IMG/VR virus record: IMGVR_UViG_3300031857_016023
Span: 1-64,000 of that record
Strand: one strand, 5' to 3'
Length of the DNA: 64,000 bases
Origin: a virus
Shown: piece after piece, positions 26,496-34,959 of the stretch
Layout of the letters: each line of letters opens with the position of its first letter
Position numbering within the stretch: position 1 is the stretch's first letter
Notes under the pieces: generated by a model
What the model was told of the DNA's origin: nothing
What the model saw: the letters and a program-made list of their open reading frames with translations, nothing else
The model's database searches: none
Position numbers and translations under genes: made by a program

Positions 26496-27424
26496 ACAAA
26501 CTCACAAGATACCATTAGTTCAGTCAGACAAGCCACCGTATTCACTTCTTGATCAGCAACAAACGCAGCCTTGTATTGATAGTCAGCGAGAATGATGACC
26601 GCTTGTGGAATTGATTGCGGTTTCATTACATCATAAAGAGAATCATAAATCTTACGATACAAAACCGTACTATCAATTTCGTGTGTTGCAACCCACTTAC
26701 GAATAGAAGCAAAGTCTTTTGATGAAATAGATTTGGTTAGTTCATCAATAGATACATCAGCAATCTGTGTAAGAATACCTGTATCGATTTTACCAAACTG
26801 AGAATAACGCTGAAGTTCATTCAGCACACGGCGAAAATCTGGGAAATGTTTTTTGATTAACTCAGCAAGAACCTTGTCATCTGCGTCAACGGATTCACTT
26901 TGCAAAATTGTTTGAATTCGCTTGAAGAACGCCGCAGCCATCTTGGCCTTCTCACCATTCTTGAGGCCAAAGTCGATGACGGCACAACGACTATGAAGCG
27001 GATCTATAATGCGATTTTTGTAATTACAAGTAAATATGAAAGAACAATTACCTGCAAATTCTTCTATCGCATTACGGAGAGCCGGTTGAGTTGAGTTTGG
27101 ATTTAGATAATCCGCTTCGTCAATGATGATGACCTTACGGCCACCAGAGAGTGACATTGATGAAGCATAATTTTTAATCTTGGTTCTAAATGTGTCAATA
27201 CCACTTTCATCAGAACCATTGATTACCATGAAGTCGCAACCGATTTCGTTGCACATCGCTTTCGCTATCGTGGTCTTGCCTACGCCGGCTCCACCACTCA
27301 ATAGGAGATTCGGTATCTCCTTTTGATTCACATATTCCTGAAACGGCTTTTTCAGACGGTCTGGAAGAATACAATCTTCCACCGTCTGAGGCCGATACTT
27401 CTCTGTCCATAACAAATGTTCCAT
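26492..27424 (-). CDS. gp44: Clamp loader large subunit gp44
   Basis: WTEKYRP, GAGVGKTT, IIDEAD, HSRC, FPDFRR. Confidence 0.96.
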   Translation of the reverse strand: MEHLLWTEKYRPQTVEDCILPDRLKKPFQEYVNQKEIPNLLLSGGAGVGKTTIAKAMCNEIGCDFMVINGSDESGIDTFRTKIKNYASSMSLSGGRKVIIIDEADYLNPNSTQPALRNAIEEFAGNCSFIFTCNYKNRIIDPLHSRCAVIDFGLKNGEKAKMAAAFFKRIQTILQSESVDADDKVLAELIKKHFPDFRRVLNELQRYSQFGKIDTGILTQIADVSIDELTKSISSKDFASIRKWVATHEIDSTVLYRKIYDSLYDVMKPQSIPQAVIILADYQYKAAFVADQEVNTVACLTELMVSCEFV

Positions 27425-27453
27425 AAGAACCTTTCACATATATCATAATTTAA

Positions 27454-28140
27454 TTAAGCTACTTTTTCAAATTTAGAACCTTGCTCAGTTGTAATCCAAT
27501 ATTGCAACGGAAGGTTTTTGTTTTTAAAATGTGAAATGCCTTTAGATGAGATAGAAACTTCGTAAGTGCCTGCCAATACCTTTGTAATGTTTTCTGTTTT
27601 GAAAATCATTTTGTATTTGTTGCCATTACCATTTGCAATTTCCAAAGCATCGGTGTGAGCAGAATCATTCTGCAAGTCAAGTGTAACAACACTTACTTTT
27701 TTGCCATCTGATTCAATTGCAATCTGTGGCGAAGCAAGAACACCAGCAGCTCGCAAGACCCAATCAAAATCTTCAGCCGTCAAATCAAATTTGATTTCTG
27801 CATCTGGCATTGTCAACGCTTTTTCTGGAGGTGTGACAATCATATTTGCAGGAGTGAAACGATACTTGATTTTAGAGCGACCTTTGTTACCAACAATCGT
27901 AACTTGTTTGTCATCGAATTCAAATGACGGGTCATCTTTGTGTAGAGAAATGACCGACAAGAAATTGTTTAGGTCATAGATGCCAAACTCAGCAGGAATA
28001 TCTTCTTTGATATCCACTTCAGCAAGAATATTCTTGTGTGAAGATACTGTCTTTAGCGTTTTACCTTTTTTGAAAAGGATACCTTGGTTAATTGCACCAA
28101 AGTTTTTGAGAACCGAAATGGTTTCGTTTGATAATTTCAT
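27454..28140 (-). CDS. gp45: Sliding clamp gp45
   Basis: MKLSNETISVLKNFGAINQGI, FGIYDLNNFL; synteny. Confidence 0.94.
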   Translation of the reverse strand: MKLSNETISVLKNFGAINQGILFKKGKTLKTVSSHKNILAEVDIKEDIPAEFGIYDLNNFLSVISLHKDDPSFEFDDKQVTIVGNKGRSKIKYRFTPANMIVTPPEKALTMPDAEIKFDLTAEDFDWVLRAAGVLASPQIAIESDGKKVSVVTLDLQNDSAHTDALEIANGNGNKYKMIFKTENITKVLAGTYEVSISSKGISHFKNKNLPLQYWITTEQGSKFEKVA

Positions 28141-28155
28141 TTGTACCTCTCATAA

Positions 28156-28494
28156 TTAAGATTTATCAATAGAGTATATTGTATCATGTTCGTATAGAAA
28201 CATGAGGCAACACATAGCATGGGCTAAATGATGTTTACCAGATTCAGGATCTAATTGTTCACCTTCTTTCCATGCCCATAGGTGGCGATTTAAAGCATCA
28301 AAGTAACGGCGTTTAGAATCTGGCACATACTTCCAATTGTCAGGTTCATACTTCTCTGCGCCAAATGTTAAAATTTCCACCGTTGCTTTGAGCGCCGCAG
28401 GTGGTAATAAACCATATTGTAATTTACCGCCATCAAATTTACGGCCACCTGTTGTAGCCGTTTGTGAAGCTTTGACTACATCTTTATTTTTCAT
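28156..28494 (-). CDS. dATP/dGTP diphosphohydrolase domain protein (DUF5664-like)
   Basis: GRKFDGGK..LLP..LTFGAEKY..NW..RH..DPESGKHHLAHA. Confidence 0.8.
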   Translation of the reverse strand: MKNKDVVKASQTATTGGRKFDGGKLQYGLLPPAALKATVEILTFGAEKYEPDNWKYVPDSKRRYFDALNRHLWAWKEGEQLDPESGKHHLAHAMCCLMFLYEHDTIYSIDKS

Positions 28495-29312
28495 TACAGT
28501 TTGCCTGTAAATTGTGCAACTGAAGGCATATTTCCTGTAAAAGCATATGTACCAATGTGCTGAGTTTTAACCCAAGGACACAAATATACTTGACCGCCAA
28601 TTTTACGCCACATTTGACAGAACATATAATCTTCACTTAGATAACGATCAGAACCACCACCAGTAATCGAATCTTTACTGTCAATTACAGTATCAAAATA
28701 TGCATGAATGTATCTTGAACCATCAAAGTGAGCTTGACCAACATGATCTGGTTTATAATGAATCATTGGATAAGCATTTTTCATCTTATCAAATACATGT
28801 CGTTTGACCATCATATAGCCTGTACCAATTTCCAAAACTTCTAATGGTTCAGTCACTTGAAAAGAAGAAGTTCCTTTTACAACATTAAACACATATTCAC
28901 CAACCAAATTTTCTAGCTCTCTTGGATCCATATCTGGATGTTTTCTTGCAGCTAGAGCTACGTTACCCCAATTAATAGATTTTTTAGGATAAGGACCGCC
29001 AATCACATCTTTATCCAATGCCAACATGGCCAAGACATCTTGAGGATTAAAGTGAATGTCACTATCAATGAAAAGTAGATGAGTAAAATTTTCTGAGCGG
29101 AGAAATTCATCTACCAAATAATTTCGTGCTCTTGTGATAAGAGATTCGTTAAAAAGAAAAGAAAATTTGGTTTCGATACCATACTGGCCTAAACTTGTTT
29201 GTAGATCTAGACATGATTTGATATAGAGGCCGTGAGCCATACCACCATACATTGGTGTGGCAATAAATATTCTATTCTTTTTTAAATCTTCAATTTTTGC
29301 TTGAATTTCCAT
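28494..29312 (-). CDS. GT-A fold glycosyltransferase-like protein
   Basis: IFIATPMYGG, ESLITRARN, LLFIDSDI (DxD), GTGYMMVKR, YLSEDYMFC, HIG. Confidence 0.75.
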   Translation of the reverse strand: MEIQAKIEDLKKNRIFIATPMYGGMAHGLYIKSCLDLQTSLGQYGIETKFSFLFNESLITRARNYLVDEFLRSENFTHLLFIDSDIHFNPQDVLAMLALDKDVIGGPYPKKSINWGNVALAARKHPDMDPRELENLVGEYVFNVVKGTSSFQVTEPLEVLEIGTGYMMVKRHVFDKMKNAYPMIHYKPDHVGQAHFDGSRYIHAYFDTVIDSKDSITGGGSDRYLSEDYMFCQMWRKIGGQVYLCPWVKTQHIGTYAFTGNMPSVAQFTGKL

Positions 29313-29328
29313 GACAACTCCATAAACG

Positions 29329-29366
29329 AAAAAGAGGAAGTAACACCTATATGTATTACTTCCTCT
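29329..29366 (-). terminator. Intrinsic terminator
   Basis: 11-bp stem AGAGGAAGTAA/TTACTTCCTCT followed by TTTT. Confidence 0.7.
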
Positions 29367-29385
29367 ACGCTTTTCCTAAACTATT

Positions 29386-29661
29386 TTAGGCAAAAGCACG
29401 CTCTCCCTGAGCACGCAGAGCAGCAATTCCTGCTGCTACGAGGCGTTTGGTCGGCTGACCAAGGCGATAGAAAGAAACTTTGTCGCCATTCGCATTGATG
29501 CGAGTGTTCAGGTAAATTGCATGACCTTCGTTACGCAACTCATTGATGGTTGCGGAAGGATTTGCAATACCAAAAACAGACTGCATCTTAGCAACGGTGA
29601 GGGTGTTGTAGTCGCTGTCTTTCGAAAGATAGGCGAGAACTTTAGCTTTAGCTGATTTCAT
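29386..29661 (-). CDS. Winged helix-turn-helix protein
   Basis: KVLAYL..LTV..FGIANPSATINELRNEGHAI..YRLG; start moved to MKSAK (GGAG SD). Confidence 0.75.
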   Translation of the reverse strand: MKSAKAKVLAYLSKDSDYNTLTVAKMQSVFGIANPSATINELRNEGHAIYLNTRINANGDKVSFYRLGQPTKRLVAAGIAALRAQGERAFA

Positions 29662-29681
29662 TACAAATAACTCCATAAATT

Positions 29682-29726
29682 GGTCTCAACAAGGTAAACA
29701 TTTGAGAGGAGACCGTTCTCTCAAAT
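29682..29726 (-). promoter_or_regulatory. H-type RNA pseudoknot in the 5' UTR of the wHTH gene
   Basis: S1 AUUUGAGAG/CUCUCAAAU; loop GGUCUC pairs with GAGACC 12 nt downstream. Confidence 0.6.
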
Positions 29727-29737
29727 TCGATAATATA

Positions 29738-29766
29738 ATTATAACATTTCTAAGTAAGTAAGTCAA
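29738..29766 (-). promoter_or_regulatory. Sigma70-type early promoter
   Basis: TTGACT-17 nt-TATAAT with TG extended -10. Confidence 0.8.
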
Positions 29767-29787
29767 CACTTTTATAGGCAAATGTGT

Positions 29788-29815
29788 AAAAAGGGGCCTG
29801 TGTTGCCACAGGCCC
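29788..29815 (-). terminator. Intrinsic terminator after the MoxR ATPase gene
   Basis: GGGCCTGTG-GCAA-CACAGGCCC followed by CTTTTT. Confidence 0.85.
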
Positions 29816-29836
29816 AAGTGCCGAACTACAAACTTA

Positions 29837-31033
29837 TTAGAAAGGTTGTGATGCATCAGTACCTTCAACCTTAACTTCTTCTACTACAGGTTCAGGCTGA
29901 GGTGCCAAAATCTCATCGGCAGAAGCACCTGCATCAACTTTGGTATACAGGTCAACAAAGGATGCTTTAGTGTCATCATCAAAGCGATTCAAACACAAAG
30001 TAATTGCCTTCATTTTATCACCAAAGATGCCGTATGTTTCAACGATATGTACTAAACGGCGAGTAGAAATCACTTCATCGCAACCACCATCGGCGAATGT
30101 TTTACGAATCACATCAGCCCATGTAACCAGTTTCTCAGCGAAATCTTCATCAGATTTGCCAGCAGAAGTAAGTTCCTTTTGAATAATCTTACACTCAGTT
30201 TTTACTGGCGGAAATTCTTGTTCCATTGTGGTACGAAAACGCTCGAGAAATGCTTCGTTCAAAACATTGGTGAACATATAACGACCATCATCTGAACCTT
30301 TACCTTTTGTATTCGCAGTAGCAAACACGGTGAAACCAGGTGCAGGTGAAATTAATTCACCTTTCTTTTTCAACATAAACGGTTTGCCTTCTAATACACG
30401 CTGCAAACTGGAAAGATTCTGAGCACCGTAATCAATCTCATCGATACACAGAACGGCACCTTGACGAGCGGCAGTAGTTACAGGACCATCACGCCATTCC
30501 ATATTACCATCAATCAACACATAGTTACCAAGAAGGTCACTCTCATCGGTTTCAGGTGTCATTGATACGCAAATGAACTTGCGTTTTGCCTTAGCACAGG
30601 CTTGTTCAATTGACATGGTCTTACCGTTACCAGAATGACCAGAGATGAATACAGGAAAGAACCGCATCGATTGAACGATTGACAATACATCATCAAAGTT
30701 ACCAAACGGTACATAGTTTTTGTAAGCAACAGGAACTAGATTCGTTACATCTAGGTCGGTAGTCACATTACTGATTTTGTGGTTTGATTTTTCTACTTGT
30801 TTAGCCATAGGAATCACTTGTGCTTGTAGAGCAGGTTGCATATCAATATTGGAACCTGGTACACGATACTGACCACGACCAACACGGTTAGAATCTTCTT
30901 TAGTGAAGAATTGGGTTGATTTAAGACCAATCTTGGTCGCAATCGCTTTGATTTCTGATTTAGTGATTGTTTGTTTGCCAGTAGCAATCAAGGCATCAAT
31001 AAACTTTTGTTTTTGTTCGGCACGACTAATCAT
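29837..31033 (-). CDS. MoxR/CobS-like AAA+ ATPase
   Basis: GHSGNGKT, LCIDEID, ATANTKGKG, NEAFLERF, ISTRRL. Confidence 0.88.
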   Translation of the reverse strand: MISRAEQKQKFIDALIATGKQTITKSEIKAIATKIGLKSTQFFTKEDSNRVGRGQYRVPGSNIDMQPALQAQVIPMAKQVEKSNHKISNVTTDLDVTNLVPVAYKNYVPFGNFDDVLSIVQSMRFFPVFISGHSGNGKTMSIEQACAKAKRKFICVSMTPETDESDLLGNYVLIDGNMEWRDGPVTTAARQGAVLCIDEIDYGAQNLSSLQRVLEGKPFMLKKKGELISPAPGFTVFATANTKGKGSDDGRYMFTNVLNEAFLERFRTTMEQEFPPVKTECKIIQKELTSAGKSDEDFAEKLVTWADVIRKTFADGGCDEVISTRRLVHIVETYGIFGDKMKAITLCLNRFDDDTKASFVDLYTKVDAGASADEILAPQPEPVVEEVKVEGTDASQPF

Positions 31034-31083
31034 AATGTAAAACTCCTATCAAAGAAAAATAATTATATCAAATAAACCACAAG

Positions 31084-33465
31084 TTATGCGGCAATACCTT
31101 GGATGAACCGAGATACTAACACACGATTTACTGCCCGTTTCTTATTGTATTTGGCAAAGGCAGTTGCCAATTTACGAGCAGAGAATTTGCCTTCTACTTC
31201 AATACCATCATCATCGTTGGTGGTAAGTTCTTCGCCACCTGAAATGAAAAAGAAATTCTCATAACCAGGTAGTTTACAAGCAAGATACTTTTCACTCTTA
31301 AACTGTTTGACGGCCTGCTTACGCATATCATCAGCAGCTTCACGACCAATATCTTGACTTAATTGCCAGTAGTCTTTATTTCCATTGTAAAGATACCTGT
31401 TAGTTAGAATCCATTTGGTTTCACGGGTAGGTACAATAAAGAAACCAAACACACGAGCACCAGTTACTTTTTGAAACCACATCAATAGATTTTTAGGAAT
31501 ATCTTCGTTATAACTAGAAAGTTTCATTTCAAATTTGTTTTGACGGTCACGCATCATAATAACTTTTTCACCAGTCCAATAAGCTTCTTGTTTTTTAATT
31601 TTCTCCATTAAACCAGTATCACTATTCAAAACTTCTTTTTCAATCCAATAACTATTGGTACTATCAGCATCACCGTCATGGATTACAACCAAACTACAAA
31701 TGTCCAGATTGTTAACCTTCTTAAAGGTTTTCATAATCTCAGCCGTAGCAATAATCGCCTGTGACATTGGTGTATTGTTGAGTTGCTCAGATTCTGGTCT
31801 AGGCGAACGCCGATAGTTTATTTCTTTGTATGAATCCATAAGCAAACACATATTCTTTAATGCAGCCGTAAACTCAGAACCAGACATTTTAGAATTTAGA
31901 TATTCACGCAAATGAACATTACCAAACTCCATTTCACCAAAGTTTTTAGTGAACGAATTATATTTACTATCTCCTTTATAGTTAGCGTATTCATGCTTAA
32001 AGATATTATATTCTTGATTTCCGTATTCACAATTAAAACCTAAATCCATAGCACGAACGGCACCTGATTCAGTAAAACCATAAACAACAAACGGAATGTT
32101 CACTTTGCGGCAGAACATCGACAATACCAAAATCTGCTCAATAGAACCAGACATATTCTTTGACATTGAACCTGAACGGTCAAGTAACAATACCAGGCCA
32201 TGCGATTTGCCTTTGGGTGTCATCATTACTTTACGGAAAATGTTGTCATCAAATTTGTACGATGATAATTTGTTAATGTCAATATCGCCTGTGTCAGACA
32301 GTTTAGATTTACTAAATGCTTTGGCAGCCTTACGCATTTCAAATTCTTTCGCAAGTAGACCAATGTACCGCTCATTACGGCGTTTGAATTCATTGACCAA
32401 CTCCATTGCTTTTTCTGGTTTAAGGTATTTCTCTTTAACGAACTTGGCATATTCTTTTGTCATCAACTCCTGAACTCGCTTCGCAGGTGTAATGATATTG
32501 TTCATGTTTGGCTTAGGAATATCCACATACAAAAACTCTTTGCACTTATCATCAAGCAATTGCACTTCGTTACGGCGATAGTTTTGATCCGTTTCACAAG
32601 TAGGGTCAAATTGGTCAACATCACCAGGATGAGATTCTTTATCGTGGTTAATGCTATTACCATTCTCTAATTCATCGTCACCTGGTTCTTCACCACCAGC
32701 TTGACTGCGTTTAGATTTAGTATCGCCTTCTTCAAACTCATCACTTGGAGAATTGCCTTCACCTTTACCATCTTCATCATCTTCACCGTCATCACCATAG
32801 TCAGAATCATAATCAGACATATCATAGCCGTCATCATCGCTTTCATCGGCCATATTCGCCATCATGTCATCATAATACTGTAATGCCATTTCATGTTGTT
32901 CTTCTTTTGAATACTCATACACCTTGTTAGTGATACGAACAACATCGTCCCAGGTTTCTGCAGCCTGAACTTCTTTCACCAATAATTCTTCTTTAGCAGA
33001 GAATTGAATCCATGTGGAAGACCATTGTGATTTGCTGAATAGATTCAGTCGGTCAATAAATGGCATTTCGTTTACCTCACGACCTTTAATACCAAAGAAA
33101 TCACGGATATTTAATTCTTGGTATGCTTGACGGAAAGAAGAATTTAAACCAGGATATTTGCGTTTAACTTTCTTTTCGATACGAGCATCTTCAATGACAT
33201 TCAAAAAGTTTTTGTAATTTTTGTTCTTGTCATTGTCCATCACCGCATCGTGCCAACCTTCGGCAGGAGTATAGAGAGCATGACCAACTTCATGGCCAAC
33301 CAACAGGTCATAGATAATACCTGTCATGTTTTGCCAGATAGGCAAATAGAGAATACGATTCTTGGTATCAAATTTAGCGGTGTTGATTTTCTGGTGCTGA
33401 ACCGAAAGATTCTCGGTTGCCAGTAATTTCGCTAATTGGGATTTTTGTTCGGCAGTAAAAGACAT
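31084..33465 (-). CDS. CobT-like protein: HExxH metallopeptidase-like domain, acidic linker and vWA domain
   Basis: HEVGHAL, NVIEDARIE, D/E-rich linker, LLDRSGSM (MIDAS), NTP, HDG; start moved to MSFTAEQK (GAGGG SD). Confidence 0.82.
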   Translation of the reverse strand: MSFTAEQKSQLAKLLATENLSVQHQKINTAKFDTKNRILYLPIWQNMTGIIYDLLVGHEVGHALYTPAEGWHDAVMDNDKNKNYKNFLNVIEDARIEKKVKRKYPGLNSSFRQAYQELNIRDFFGIKGREVNEMPFIDRLNLFSKSQWSSTWIQFSAKEELLVKEVQAAETWDDVVRITNKVYEYSKEEQHEMALQYYDDMMANMADESDDDGYDMSDYDSDYGDDGEDDEDGKGEGNSPSDEFEEGDTKSKRSQAGGEEPGDDELENGNSINHDKESHPGDVDQFDPTCETDQNYRRNEVQLLDDKCKEFLYVDIPKPNMNNIITPAKRVQELMTKEYAKFVKEKYLKPEKAMELVNEFKRRNERYIGLLAKEFEMRKAAKAFSKSKLSDTGDIDINKLSSYKFDDNIFRKVMMTPKGKSHGLVLLLDRSGSMSKNMSGSIEQILVLSMFCRKVNIPFVVYGFTESGAVRAMDLGFNCEYGNQEYNIFKHEYANYKGDSKYNSFTKNFGEMEFGNVHLREYLNSKMSGSEFTAALKNMCLLMDSYKEINYRRSPRPESEQLNNTPMSQAIIATAEIMKTFKKVNNLDICSLVVIHDGDADSTNSYWIEKEVLNSDTGLMEKIKKQEAYWTGEKVIMMRDRQNKFEMKLSSYNEDIPKNLLMWFQKVTGARVFGFFIVPTRETKWILTNRYLYNGNKDYWQLSQDIGREAADDMRKQAVKQFKSEKYLACKLPGYENFFFISGGEELTTNDDDGIEVEGKFSARKLATAFAKYNKKRAVNRVLVSRFIQGIAA

Positions 33466-33492
33466 AATACCCTCATTCATTATTATTTAACC

Positions 33493-33521
33493 ATTATAAC
33501 ATTACCCGGCCTGCCTGTCAA
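33493..33521 (-). promoter_or_regulatory. Consensus sigma70-type early promoter
   Basis: TTGACA-17 nt-TATAAT, perfect consensus. Confidence 0.88.
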
Positions 33522-33595
33522 CCACTTTGTTGTATAAAAACAACACTATATGGCGTAGACCTGGTCTATGTTAGTGAACACTTACTTACATTGAA

Positions 33596-33659
33596 TGGAG
33601 CGGTTAACAGGAGTTAAACCTGTCTGCCTACGGGGGTAGGCTGTTCTCGGACTCACCGC
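33596..33659 (-). ncRNA. tRNA-Gly-like RNA lacking a D-arm (64 nt, encoded CCA)
   Basis: Acceptor GCGGTGA/TAACCGC + T + CCA; T-arm ACAGG-TTTAACT-CCTGT; central hairpin GCCTAC-CCCC-GTAGGC; TATAAT at 33670-33675. Confidence 0.7.
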
Positions 33660-33681
33660 ATGAAAGGATATTATACGCTAC

Positions 33682-34959
33682 TTATCGACCCACTTGAGGC
33701 AGATATTTAGCCTTTGTTTCTTCCCATGATAACACGGTAAGGTCATCATAGAAAAGAGTGTCAGAAGAAACTCTGCCTTTTTTAACCAACTGCTTGATTC
33801 TTGGTTTGGCGTGCTTCTCTTTCCATATATTACTTAGGCTTTCTACATCAGTATTAAACAACTTTTTCATATCTTTGCCATCATTATCGCCTCGGAGAAA
33901 TTCACAAGTCTTATCATACAGAGGCGCAAAGTAAATGCCTCTTGCATGTTCAGAACGAATCAAATCTTTTGGCACACTTAACTTAGCATAAGCAAAAGAC
34001 AATGAACGATTTTTGTGGTCACGCTTATGAGGTTGACCACTTGGTTTCTTTGCAACATACCATTCAAAATACTTCCGTGTATGATTCACTTTCAACCACT
34101 CACGAATCATATACCGAGTTTCTTGTAATGGTTCAAACGATACTGAACCTGAGGTAAAGCCCATTGGCTGCCAGAAATCCAGATTATCATATTGAGATAA
34201 ACCACCAGCTTTTGTTTTACCATAAAGTGATGTTGTTGTGATACTTACCAACTTATCACCATATAGTTTCTCCCATAATTGTTGTATGGGTGTGGCTAAA
34301 CAAAGCAAAGCCAACAATTTACCACCAACATAATTAAAACCAAGAGGTTGTAATGGCACAATCGTAGAACCAATTGCAGTATGGTTAATCATACCACCTT
34401 GTGTTTTCTTTTCTCTACTCCAACCAATAAAGTTATCTCTTGGTGTTAAATCTAAAAAGTCAGATGAAATACAAATAACACCAAGGTATTTCTGTGTTGG
34501 TTTATCTTTAACAATAAAGTTTAGATTACGACCAATGTTAGCATTGTTTTTCATTGTAGAAGAAAAGGTACGAATACAATTCCACAATTCAGGTAAGTCA
34601 TCCTGTTTATTCGCATACACCAGTTCAGGTTCTAATGCCAAGTATGCTTCGGGATCATTTGGTATCCAAAAGTTATTTTTTATTTCCTGAATAGCACGGC
34701 GTTGGCCTTCATCTTCCAATAATCGTTCTTCACCCCATAAAGTTTGTGATACGATAGATGGATATTTCTCCTGCACCTCACACCACTTCTGAAACAAGGT
34801 ATACTCTTTCACATCCATTTGTGAAACATAACCTAGTTCTTTAATGGTCTGCTCACGCAGTTCATCTTCGGTGAAAGACAATGGTTGAATTGGCGTTTGT
34901 TCTTGCCATTTTTGCCATTGGGTTTCTACATCATCTTTTGGATCAAAGCTGTATGCCAT
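33682..34959 (-). CDS. DUF4338/DruA-like protein (probable GNAT-like fold), paralogue 2
   Basis: IGRNL, YLGVICISS, PRDNFIGW, IVPLQPLGFNYVGGKLLA, TTTSLYG, SQYD, WQPMGFTSG. Confidence 0.72.
   Translation of the reverse strand: MAYSFDPKDDVETQWQKWQEQTPIQPLSFTEDELREQTIKELGYVSQMDVKEYTLFQKWCEVQEKYPSIVSQTLWGEERLLEDEGQRRAIQEIKNNFWIPNDPEAYLALEPELVYANKQDDLPELWNCIRTFSSTMKNNANIGRNLNFIVKDKPTQKYLGVICISSDFLDLTPRDNFIGWSREKKTQGGMINHTAIGSTIVPLQPLGFNYVGGKLLALLCLATPIQQLWEKLYGDKLVSITTTSLYGKTKAGGLSQYDNLDFWQPMGFTSGSVSFEPLQETRYMIREWLKVNHTRKYFEWYVAKKPSGQPHKRDHKNRSLSFAYAKLSVPKDLIRSEHARGIYFAPLYDKTCEFLRGDNDGKDMKKLFNTDVESLSNIWKEKHAKPRIKQLVKKGRVSSDTLFYDDLTVLSWEETKAKYLPQVGR

Noticed and set aside
27210-27446. 78-aa alternative-frame ORF overlapping the start of gp44
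   Set aside because: No SD and no protein-like features; the lack of stops is explained by the local GC-rich hairpin region. It cannot be fully excluded without ribosome profiling
29686-29868. 60-aa minus-strand ORF
   Set aside because: It runs across a terminator, a promoter and the pseudoknot, so the region is better explained as regulatory
33596-33659. Canonical translational tRNA-Gly(CCC)
   Set aside because: No D-arm, no U8, and no 7-nt anticodon loop with U33; reported instead as a tRNA-like ncRNA
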